Positions 51,035 to 59,343 of a stretch of 64,000 nt of DNA are shown piece after piece. The translations under genes were made by a program, and so were the position numbers. Below the pieces are notes generated by a model, which made no database searches, was not told the DNA's origin, and worked only from the letters and a program-made list of their open reading frames with translations. Source of the DNA: Sedimentisphaerales bacterium (GTDB lineage Bacteria; Planctomycetota; Phycisphaerae; Sedimentisphaerales; SM23-30). The stretch lies in NCBI GenBank assembly GCA_963666285.1, contig OY762711.1; one strand, 5' to 3'. Each line of letters opens with the position of its first letter. Position 1 is the stretch's first letter.

Positions 51035-51732
51035 TATTTCTATTTAAAGGCAGGTATTCTCTGAAAAAAAAGACCTTAAATAATGGATTCACGCTGGTTG
51101 AATTGCTATCTGTTATAGCTATCATAGGTATATTAGTTAGTATTATGCTCCCTGCGCTAAGAGGTGCGCGAGAAAAGTCTTTTCAATCGACATGTTTGTC
51201 GCATCTACAGCAGATAGGCTATGGCGAATTTATGTATGCCATGGATAATAATGACTATTTCCCTGATAAATATACCTTAGGCGGATTTCCATTCAGGGCA
51301 GCTCCGGGATATAGAAACCCAAATGATAAATATGGTTATGAAGAAACGTTTGGCCTGGCAGCAGTTTTAGATAAATATCTTAAAACTAGCTCTAGTAATG
51401 AGTTATGGGTGTGTTCGGGTCAGACTCAATCCTGGATGCGTGAGTTGGGAAATACATATTGGGCCAGTATTGAGAGTACCTCATTTACAAATGTGAGGGA
51501 TGCCGGTGAAACGGCAATAGCCGGCGATAATTATGTCTATAAGCCTTATACTCCGGGTGTAAGGGCCAATGGTTACGAACCAGGCTTTTTGTCTGACGGC
51601 AATGCAAGCTATGACCGGTTTTTCATAGATGAAGATGAAAGATATCAGCCGCATTCGTTTGGGGTAGGCAGTAAGGGCGGAGCGAGTGTATTGTATGCCG
51701 ACTGTCATGCATCTTCGTTGAAAGAAGAATAA
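51031..51732 (+). CDS. prepilin-type N-terminal cleavage/methylation protein (planctomycete DUF1559/H-X9-DG-like)
   Basis: NG|FTLVELLSVIAIIGILVSIMLPALRGARE...CLSHLQQIG...MYA; C-terminal H.....GASVLYADCH; start uncertain. Confidence 0.85.
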   Translation: MIFLFKGRYSLKKKTLNNGFTLVELLSVIAIIGILVSIMLPALRGAREKSFQSTCLSHLQQIGYGEFMYAMDNNDYFPDKYTLGGFPFRAAPGYRNPNDKYGYEETFGLAAVLDKYLKTSSSNELWVCSGQTQSWMRELGNTYWASIESTSFTNVRDAGETAIAGDNYVYKPYTPGVRANGYEPGFLSDGNASYDRFFIDEDERYQPHSFGVGSKGGASVLYADCHASSLKEE

Positions 51733-51872
51733 AACCAGTCTCATTTCTAAGTTTTTTCCTGTTTTAATCAAATTTTCTCTATATTTGTAACTTCTTTTAT
51801 TTAAGTAAGATATGTATAGTGTGCCTTATTTTACTTTATCTGTTAAGATTCATTTGATATGATACCGGGTCT

Positions 51873-52931
51873 ATGAAGACCGCAAAGTTACATTATGACC
51901 TTCCAGAAGAGCTAATAGCGCAGGAAGCGTTGCCGGACAGGACAGCCTCGCGGCTAATGGTGCTGGATAGAGTGTCTAAGTTGGTAGAACATAAGCATTT
52001 TAGTGATGTTATTGATTATTTATCTCCAGGTGATTGCCTGGTAGTAAACGAAAGCCGTGTTGTTCCTGCCCGTTTTTATCTTCGTCGCAGCAGTGGAGCC
52101 CAGGTTGAGGGATTATTTCTGCGAATAGCAGAGGGTGGGTATTGGGAGGTAATGCTGAAGAATGCCGGGCGGGTAAAGGATGCAGAAATACTTTATATGG
52201 TGCTTCCCGGTGATGAAATAAGGGACAATAGTCCGGGTTTTAAGGTATTGGGCAAGAATGAGCAGGGATACTGGCTCCTGGAGGCTCCGTATCGCGAATT
52301 TCAGGAGATTCTGGAAGAGTATGGTTCTACCCCGCTGCCGCCTTATATACGGCGTGATAAGCGGAATCCAAGCGAGCAGGCTGACCGGAAGCGGTATCAG
52401 ACAGTGTTTGCGGATACTGCGGGTTCGGTGGCAGCACCGACAGCGGGTCTTCATTTTGATGATGATCTGTTAAGACGTGTTGGTAAGAAGGGTGTAAGGC
52501 TGGCAAAAGTAACGCTGCATGTGGGTCCTGGAACATTTAAGCCGGTGGACGCGGAGGATCTGGAGGAGCACCAGATGCATAGCGAATGGTATAGTCTGGA
52601 TGAGGGCAATGCCGCGGAAATCAATCGAGCGAAGGAAATGGGTAACCGGGTTGTAGCGGTTGGGACAACTGCGGTAAGGACGCTGGAGACATGCGCGGAC
52701 GCCAACGGACGGGTAGCGGCCGGCAGCGGCTGGACGGATATTTTCATTATGCCGGGTTATGAGTTCAAGGTAGTTAAGGCGATGGTAACGAATTTTCATT
52801 TGCCGGGCTCGACCTTGCTGGCGCTGGTTAGTGCTTTTTATGGGTTGGATGAGACAATGGCTGCCTATAATCTAGCGGTGAAAGAGAGATATCGATTTTA
52901 CAGCTATGGAGATGCGATGCTAATTAAGTGA
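51873..52931 (+). CDS. queA: S-adenosylmethionine:tRNA ribosyltransferase-isomerase
   Basis: LPEELIAQ, PLPPYI, YQTVFA, GSVAAPTAGLHF, TLHVGPGTF, TNFHLP and YRFYSYGDAM. Confidence 0.97.
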   Translation: MKTAKLHYDLPEELIAQEALPDRTASRLMVLDRVSKLVEHKHFSDVIDYLSPGDCLVVNESRVVPARFYLRRSSGAQVEGLFLRIAEGGYWEVMLKNAGRVKDAEILYMVLPGDEIRDNSPGFKVLGKNEQGYWLLEAPYREFQEILEEYGSTPLPPYIRRDKRNPSEQADRKRYQTVFADTAGSVAAPTAGLHFDDDLLRRVGKKGVRLAKVTLHVGPGTFKPVDAEDLEEHQMHSEWYSLDEGNAAEINRAKEMGNRVVAVGTTAVRTLETCADANGRVAAGSGWTDIFIMPGYEFKVVKAMVTNFHLPGSTLLALVSAFYGLDETMAAYNLAVKERYRFYSYGDAMLIK

Positions 52932-52977
52932 AAAATGAAAAGTTGCGGTGTCGCTATCGCGACCTTGTTTTAAAGCT
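52926..52977 (+). repeat. heptamer + hairpin element overlapping the queA stop
   Basis: AAGTGAAAAATGAAAAGTTGCGGTGTCGC-TATC-GCGACCTTGTTTTAAAGCT; same tail as 54438-54451. Confidence 0.75.
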
Positions 52978-53003
52978 AAGCGAGAAAGAAGGTTAGGTGA
53001 TTG

Positions 53004-53102
53004 ATGAATGGCTCAATACTGCGAGAAAAAAGTTTTGCATTTGCATTAAGAGTTGTTACGCGAAAGAAGATTAAGTTTTTGAAAGCGGATTATTGGGATT
53101 AG
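53004..53102 (+). pseudogene. truncated four-helix-bundle protein (TIGR02436 / 23S-rRNA-IVP-like) N-terminus
   Basis: MNGSILREKSFAFALRVV... after an AGGTGA RBS resembles the family N-terminus (I.EKSF.FA.R.V); stops after 32 aa. Confidence 0.65.
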
Positions 53103-53153
53103 AGAAGGAAAGATTTTGTTAAGTATATTATTGAATATTAAAAGGAATAAATA

Positions 53154-54062
53154 ATGACAGTGGATGTAGCAGCTAAGATAGCGGAATTGAAAAAAGAACG
53201 AGATGCGATAATACTGGCACATAACTACCAGATAGGTGAGGTTCAGGATCTGGCAGATTTTGTAGGAGATTCGCTGGAGCTTAGCCGAAAGGCAGCAGCG
53301 GTAAAGGAAAGCGTGATAGTCTTTTGCGGCGTTCATTTTATGGCTGAAACAGCAGCGATTCTGGGACCTGATAAGACTGTATTGCTGCCGGATAAGAATG
53401 CCGGGTGTCCGATGGCGAATATGATAACTGCCGAGCAGTTGAGAGAGTTGAAGGCAGAGCATCCAGAAGCACTGGCAGTTTGCTATGTTAATAGTACGGC
53501 TGATGTAAAGGCAGAGTGTGATTATTGCTGTACGTCTGGTAATGCGTTAAAGCTGGTGGATAAGCTTCCTAAGGATCGCGAGGTTATCTTTGTGCCTGAC
53601 AGGCATTTGGGCAGTTTTGTGGCTGAGCAGTTAGGTCGAGAGTTGATATTGTGGCCCGGCTATTGTGCGACCCATGTTCGGATAACCGAGGAAGATATAG
53701 CTGAGGCCCGTAAGCAATATCCTGGGGCGCCGGTTATTGTGCATCCGGAGTGTCCGAAGAATTTGCGGGATGCGGCCGATTATTCGCTTAGTACCGGTCA
53801 GATGGTGGCGTTTGCTAAAGAAAGTGATTGTAATGAGTTTCTGCTTGGAACTGAGATTGGTATGCTGCACAGGCTGAAGATGGATTTTCCGGATAAGGAA
53901 TTTTATCCTGTGACAGATAAGGCTGTTTGCCCGAATATGAAGAAGATTACTGCTGAGAAGGTATTGTGGTCGCTGGAGAGTATGGAGACAGTTATCAAGG
54001 TTGATGAAGATATAGCGGTAAGGGCGCTGAAGGCTTTGGAGAACATGGTAGCGGTTCTGTAG
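53154..54062 (+). CDS. nadA: quinolinate synthase
   Basis: ILAHNYQ, VGDSL.L, FCGVHFMAETA, AGCPMA, CYVNS, VHPEC and CPNMK. Confidence 0.97.
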   Translation: MTVDVAAKIAELKKERDAIILAHNYQIGEVQDLADFVGDSLELSRKAAAVKESVIVFCGVHFMAETAAILGPDKTVLLPDKNAGCPMANMITAEQLRELKAEHPEALAVCYVNSTADVKAECDYCCTSGNALKLVDKLPKDREVIFVPDRHLGSFVAEQLGRELILWPGYCATHVRITEEDIAEARKQYPGAPVIVHPECPKNLRDAADYSLSTGQMVAFAKESDCNEFLLGTEIGMLHRLKMDFPDKEFYPVTDKAVCPNMKKITAEKVLWSLESMETVIKVDEDIAVRALKALENMVAVL

Positions 54063-54379
54063 ATCGGTTTGACGCAAAGTCAAAATGGCTAAAGTGATGA
54101 GCGAAGAGTAAAGAATTGTGAAGTTTATTTTATTTAAGATTCATTTTAAATATATTCCCGTTGCATGAAAGCTGTTTAATTTGTATTTCAGTGGTGGTGA
54201 TACCAAAAGGTCGAAAATGGGCGATTTTGCCCCTTTTACGGCGGCGAACGGCGGTGAATTGAGGCCTTACGGCGGGCGATAAACGAGAACGGAGGCGAAC
54301 GGAGGGGTCGCGGCGGGCAGGGGATTGGACTGAAATTTGGTAAAATCGGTAGATTTTGGCGTTGGGCGGACCAAAAAAT

Positions 54380-54451
54380 AAGTGATGAGTGAAGAGTTAA
54401 GAGTGAAGAATTGAGGTGTTCGCCTGGCGGCTCACGGCTTGTTTTAAAGCT
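54380..54451 (+). repeat. AGTGAAG heptamer + hairpin element
   Basis: AAGTGATGAGTGAAGAGTTAAGAGTGAAGAATTGAGGTGTTCGCCTGGCGGCTCACGGCTTGTTTTAAAGCT. Confidence 0.8.
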
Positions 54452-54659
54452 GACGCGTAGGTAAAGTTCAATCAAAATTGCGGCACCTGAAGGATGTGAA
54501 GAGTTAGAAGAAAGAAGCGAGAAGGAAAACGATAAGCTTTGCTAAATGAAAAATGAATAATGAATAATTAAAAGTGAAAGTGTGAGGTTCCCTGTGTTTA
54601 TTGGGACTGATGAATACGGATAAGTATTTTATTCTGCCAAAAGATCGTATAGATAAATT

Positions 54660-55448
54660 TTAATTTCCTAGTCCAAGCTTAAAAGGTTTTTTCCATAATA
54701 TTTCAGGCTTTTTGCCGTAATTTTGGATTAAATCATATAATTCATTTGAACTGCCGCGATAGGATATTACATCAATATCTGTTTTCCCAGAAGCTTTATC
54801 ATAAACCTCTTGAGTAATATACGAAACTGCTATTTTTCTATAGCCATAATCCAAAACAAGTAAGTTATCGCGTTGCGATAATTGAGATAAGATATTTGAA
54901 TCATCTTCAGGCAAATCTGAACTCCTAATCAGGTCTTTTCTTTCCTGCTTCCAACTTTCATATTCCGCTGGGTCATAATACATGCCGGGGCTTTGTAACT
55001 TATCTACGATAGCTTTAATTTGTTCCATATCCTGATAAATTCGTATTTTTGAATATGTCTCATCAAACTGAGGCGACTGAGATACTTTATCTTTAATGAA
55101 GTGAGTAATAGATACAGGGTAAATATAAGTAAGTCCGCATGAACCGCCAGAGGTAATAACTTGCCAACCACTTCCAATCCAGAAATGAACAAGTAATGGG
55201 AAAAACTTATCTCTTTCAAAATAAATTATTGTATCTTTTTCTAATTCAGGTAGTTCAAGATGGTTTACTTCGTTAGATTGTTTGATTTCAAATTCACCAG
55301 GAAATTCTGCATCTTGTTGTAACTCTTTTAATTCTTGCCGGATTTTTTTGGTTTCTTCACTCTCTGTGTTATGAGAACTATAGCCAATCCCAAAACCAAT
55401 GAGTAGAGTTACCAGCGTAGTAGTAATTACGATTATTTTATTATTCAT
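54660..55448 (-). CDS. membrane-anchored hypothetical protein, AT-rich
   Basis: N-terminal TM helix and AAGGG RBS; no family recognised. Confidence 0.75.
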   Translation of the reverse strand: MNNKIIVITTTLVTLLIGFGIGYSSHNTESEETKKIRQELKELQQDAEFPGEFEIKQSNEVNHLELPELEKDTIIYFERDKFFPLLVHFWIGSGWQVITSGGSCGLTYIYPVSITHFIKDKVSQSPQFDETYSKIRIYQDMEQIKAIVDKLQSPGMYYDPAEYESWKQERKDLIRSSDLPEDDSNILSQLSQRDNLLVLDYGYRKIAVSYITQEVYDKASGKTDIDVISYRGSSNELYDLIQNYGKKPEILWKKPFKLGLGN

Positions 55449-55472
55449 AAAAATTACCCTTAGTATAGGATT

Positions 55473-55859
55473 TTAATCAAACTTAATCATATTCAAGTTG
55501 GTCCAAAGATATATCTTAAAACTATCCTGATAAATAGGTGCTTTATCTTCATCGTATAGCACATCCCATTCTATATCATAGCCCTGTATCAGTTCTCTTA
55601 CAGTTTTGCCAGATTCACCAATTGTCAAGCCAAGTACAGATTCCAGATGAACTCTAAGTTTCAGGTTAATAAAGAATCTCTTATAGAATTCTTCTGCTCG
55701 TGTCAATAATTCAATATAATCGCCAATACCATCATGTGCAACAAAATTGTCGTGAAATCAGAAATATGCTTGTTAATTGTTATAGTAGGTAAAATAGACA
55801 CCACAAGCCTTGGCAAAATTATTATAGTTGTTTCCATATTTATGCAGTAGTATTTTATG
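55473..55859 (-). pseudogene. decayed 3' fragment of a gene upstream of 54660-55448
   Basis: The frame of the 77-aa ORF extends upstream through two in-frame stops (..GVYFTYYNN*QAYF*FHDNFVAHDGIGDYIELLTRAEE..). Confidence 0.5.
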
Positions 55860-55933
55860 CTTTGGGAATGTGTGAAGGAGGTGGGGTGAGAGCAGTCAGG
55901 GGAGGTGGTTTGTCGGAGTGGGAATTTCAATTG

Positions 55934-56043
55934 TGGTGTGGGATAATCTATTGACAATGTCTTTTGTTTTGGTTTTGATATTTGATGGATATTTGATAGA
56001 ATTGATTACAGAAAAGCGAAGTGTAAAGTCGGTCACTTTGAGT
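55934..56043 (+). repeat. upstream block duplicated at 59052-59128 and 59256-59278
   Basis: TAATCTATTG..AATGT.TTTTGTTTTGGTTTTGATATTTGA.GGATAT.TG.TAGAATT.ATTAC and AAGTGTAAAGTCGGTCACTTTGA are shared. Confidence 0.85.
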
Positions 56044-56081
56044 AAAATATAGTGAATTGGAGTATGCATTGATATATATGT

Positions 56082-58958
56082 ATGGTTGAGGTTTGGAGAT
56101 TTATGGTTGATAATAAAGCGGATAAGCGAAAAAGAAGATTCCGGTTGAGGAATATTATTATATTCTTTGTGGTACTGGTCTGTTTCGGTGGGGCATATTA
56201 TATATTGATGGGGCCGAGTACTGCCGAAGTCGAAGCCAGGGCCAGGAAAGCAGGGATATTGTATCTTGGGGAGGATATGAAAAAGCGATATGAGCCACTG
56301 CCTGCGATTGAGGATAACGCATTACCGGCGTTACAAGAGTTTTTTGATAATTGGGTGGGCTGGTACAGTTTTTTTAGGGAAAACCGTGGTAATTATTCAT
56401 TTAAGTATAATAAAGGTTATGTGCCGTATGGTAAAGATGACTTTCCAGAGCCGGAAAATATAGTGACCGGCTTGACTGAGGAGGAAAGGGCGAATCTTAT
56501 ATATTTCGTCGAGAAAAAAGATGATTATATTAATGAGCTTGTAAGGATAATACGCAGTAAAGGGAGTTACTACAGTCCTGAATGGCATGATGAAATATGT
56601 TCGATGGATGGTCTGTCAGAGATTAAATCAACGGTACAAATACTGAATTTGAAGGCTCTGTATTGTATCGAAACAGGTGACAGAGATGAAGCGATCAACC
56701 TGATAGCTGATATACATAAGCTTGCAGGTTATAGCAGGAGCAGGCGGAATGCGATAGGTGAACTTGTTGCGATTTCGGTAAGAGCTTTTGCTCAGCGAGT
56801 TTCATTGGCGTTGATAGAAAGGGGGCTGACATTAGCCCAGATAAACAAACTTGCCGAAGTAATACCTGATTATGGCGAAGAGATTTCTGTTGTGAATATG
56901 TTGACTTTGGAAGTCGGTGAATATAATGAAGTCGGCTTTGTGGTGGTCGGGCCGCATTCAAAGCCGGATAAATTGAAGTTTGTTAAGGAGAGCAGGTTTG
57001 TCAGGCAGTATCAGAAAATAAATATGCTGGAAAAGAAGATCGCATTTAAGCAGGAAATAATGAAGGGCGGTAAGTCGATAGATAATTTTTCGGGTCGGTA
57101 TGATGAATATATTCAAGAAATTGAAAGAGCCGGTACTAATGGGTTTTGGTGGAAAATATTTCATCAGGACGAATTTATGCAATACAGGTCTGATTGCAAT
57201 TGTATGAAAATGCTGTTGAGGACGGAGAATGTTAGCAGGATAGTCAGAATTGCGTTGGCGGAGGAACGATACTGGCTAAGTGAGGGTGAATATTGTTATG
57301 ACCTGAGACAGTTGAAGGGCTTGTACCCGGAACTGGAAACGGGCGATTTGTTTAACAGTAATTTAGGTTTTAATCTTGAGCGGATAGAAGATAGGAATGG
57401 GGAAGGGTATTTGTTGTGGTCGAAGGATTACGATCTGGATTACGATGAAGAAGATCCTCTATTGACGGCAAAATGGAGGCAGGGGTCTTATTGGAAAAAT
57501 CATGGCCGGTATGTATTGAAAATAGTAGAGAAAGAAGAGCTGATACGAATATGCTTTTTAGCTGATCAGCTGCCAGTTAAAGGATGTGATGGTTCAGGAG
57601 GGGATGAGCTTTTGGAGGAGCTGCTAAGTGGTGCGGCAGTTGAGATAGGAGCAAAGAGCAGGGGTGGGGTTGCTGATTATGGCAGGGTCAGGGCGGTGAT
57701 GGAGAAGCTGGTTGAAAAGGGGTATGCTGATGAGGTATTGCCTTTGGGCAGGAAAATAATAGAGGCAGGATGTAAGCAATCGGATGTTCCGGGTTTTGGC
57801 CGGAAAATAGATAAAACAGGTGAACAGGTAAAAGGCTGTGTGTCTGTTGCAGTGAGAGCATTGGAGCAATCGTCGTTGAGTGAGGTAGAAAGATATATCC
57901 GGGCAGTTGATTGGGCCAGGAGCGGAAATATTAATTCTGAAGAAATAAAGCCTTTGAAAGAATACATGGAGAGTCGAGATTCTAAGGAGAGTTGGAGTAT
58001 TACAGCGGATAAGCTGCTGGAAGAAATGGCGGATAAAGATTTTTCAAATATCAATGATGGTATGGTTAGAATTGGTGATAGAGAGTATTATACAAATTGG
58101 ATTGTGCACGCATTGAAGGAAGCAGGCCGGACCGATGAGATGATAGAGTTTTGTCGGAGAGAGGCTGAGATAATGGGTGATTCTTATCGGCTGATAGAGC
58201 GGTTGATTGAAGTTGAGAGGATTGATGAGGCGGTAGAATATATTTCGCCTGCAATACGGGCGATAGATGAGGATAACTGGTATAGTTCCGGTGATTTGAT
58301 TACACTGCATTGGTTCTATTTGACCGATCAGGGCAGCAGCCGGGATATGGCGAGATTTGATGCGGCAGATATCGCGTTTGGTGGTATAGTAGCGGGTAGC
58401 GATAAAGATTATATAGAAGAGCTTGGTGTGTGGGATGAAGCGCGGAAATGTATAATTGGATACTGGGTGACGGGCGTTTTGCCGTGGGAGGATGAGCTAT
58501 GGCCGCTGGGTATGCCGGAAAAATATTGGGTTGAGGTTGACAGGGATTTAGATGAAGCTGATTTTCCACTTTACGACCGGCTGATCGATTTTTATTTGTG
58601 GGAGGACAATACAAAAGAATTGTTTTTCTGGTATAAGCAGGCAAAAGAAAATAAGCATAGTATAGAGTTGAGGGATAAAGTATTAGACAGGGTGCTGTAT
58701 AAAGTTGCCGGTCAGAAGGAAGATCCGTTATTGGCGGCCATGGCAAAGATGGATACGGCGAGCAGGTTAATTAAAAGGAAGCAGTACTTTTGGGAGTCCG
58801 GAGCGAAGAATAATGTTTATGAGGCCAGGCAGCTGCTGCTGGAAAATGATATGGAGGAGCAATGGAAGGATATGTATGATGAATTCATGGACAGGTATAA
58901 AGATGAGTCAGGTTTTGTAGAGTCGCTTAAAAAGAGAATGGAAGAGAGAGGTTCTTAA
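56082..58958 (+). CDS. membrane-anchored chimeric hypothetical protein (958 aa)
   Basis: N-terminal TM plus a helical domain; the C-terminal half resembles the helical region of SWIM-zinc-finger-family proteins (recalled similarity, not searched). Confidence 0.65.
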   Translation: MVEVWRFMVDNKADKRKRRFRLRNIIIFFVVLVCFGGAYYILMGPSTAEVEARARKAGILYLGEDMKKRYEPLPAIEDNALPALQEFFDNWVGWYSFFRENRGNYSFKYNKGYVPYGKDDFPEPENIVTGLTEEERANLIYFVEKKDDYINELVRIIRSKGSYYSPEWHDEICSMDGLSEIKSTVQILNLKALYCIETGDRDEAINLIADIHKLAGYSRSRRNAIGELVAISVRAFAQRVSLALIERGLTLAQINKLAEVIPDYGEEISVVNMLTLEVGEYNEVGFVVVGPHSKPDKLKFVKESRFVRQYQKINMLEKKIAFKQEIMKGGKSIDNFSGRYDEYIQEIERAGTNGFWWKIFHQDEFMQYRSDCNCMKMLLRTENVSRIVRIALAEERYWLSEGEYCYDLRQLKGLYPELETGDLFNSNLGFNLERIEDRNGEGYLLWSKDYDLDYDEEDPLLTAKWRQGSYWKNHGRYVLKIVEKEELIRICFLADQLPVKGCDGSGGDELLEELLSGAAVEIGAKSRGGVADYGRVRAVMEKLVEKGYADEVLPLGRKIIEAGCKQSDVPGFGRKIDKTGEQVKGCVSVAVRALEQSSLSEVERYIRAVDWARSGNINSEEIKPLKEYMESRDSKESWSITADKLLEEMADKDFSNINDGMVRIGDREYYTNWIVHALKEAGRTDEMIEFCRREAEIMGDSYRLIERLIEVERIDEAVEYISPAIRAIDEDNWYSSGDLITLHWFYLTDQGSSRDMARFDAADIAFGGIVAGSDKDYIEELGVWDEARKCIIGYWVTGVLPWEDELWPLGMPEKYWVEVDRDLDEADFPLYDRLIDFYLWEDNTKELFFWYKQAKENKHSIELRDKVLDRVLYKVAGQKEDPLLAAMAKMDTASRLIKRKQYFWESGAKNNVYEARQLLLENDMEEQWKDMYDEFMDRYKDESGFVESLKKRMEERGS

Positions 58959-59343
58959 ATTATGAATTATGGATGCTGGTTATGAAACAGGCTGAGGAAT
59001 TGTGATACTTTTAATATAAGTCTAAATCCAGTAAATATGATAAACTGGCTTTGGTGTTGGATTAATCTATTGGGAATGTTTTTTGTTTTGGTTTTGATAT
59101 TTGACGGATATGTGGTAGAATTTATTACTCAAACTGACCGATGGTCAATTTGAGAGGTATTAGTTATTTGGTATTAGGGAAGGTTTGCCGCAAAGCGGCA
59201 AGTTAATTAAATCATTAATGTAACAATTTGCATTAAATTGTGTTACAGCAATAAAAAGTGTAAAGTCGGTCACTTTGATTAGATTATAAATAGCTTAGCG
59301 TTTAAGTTGTTCATGGATGAACGAGATATTCAAGGATTGGATT

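Noticed and set aside
35220..53102. Diversity-generating retroelement (Avd-like stub near variable pilins)
   Set aside because: No reverse transcriptase and no TR/VR pair in a C-terminal coding region. The repeat pairs cover leaders and intergenic DNA.
52932..53153. NAD+ (nadA motif) riboswitch upstream of nadA
   Set aside because: No matching conserved core seen; the space is explained by the repeat element and the four-helix-bundle stub
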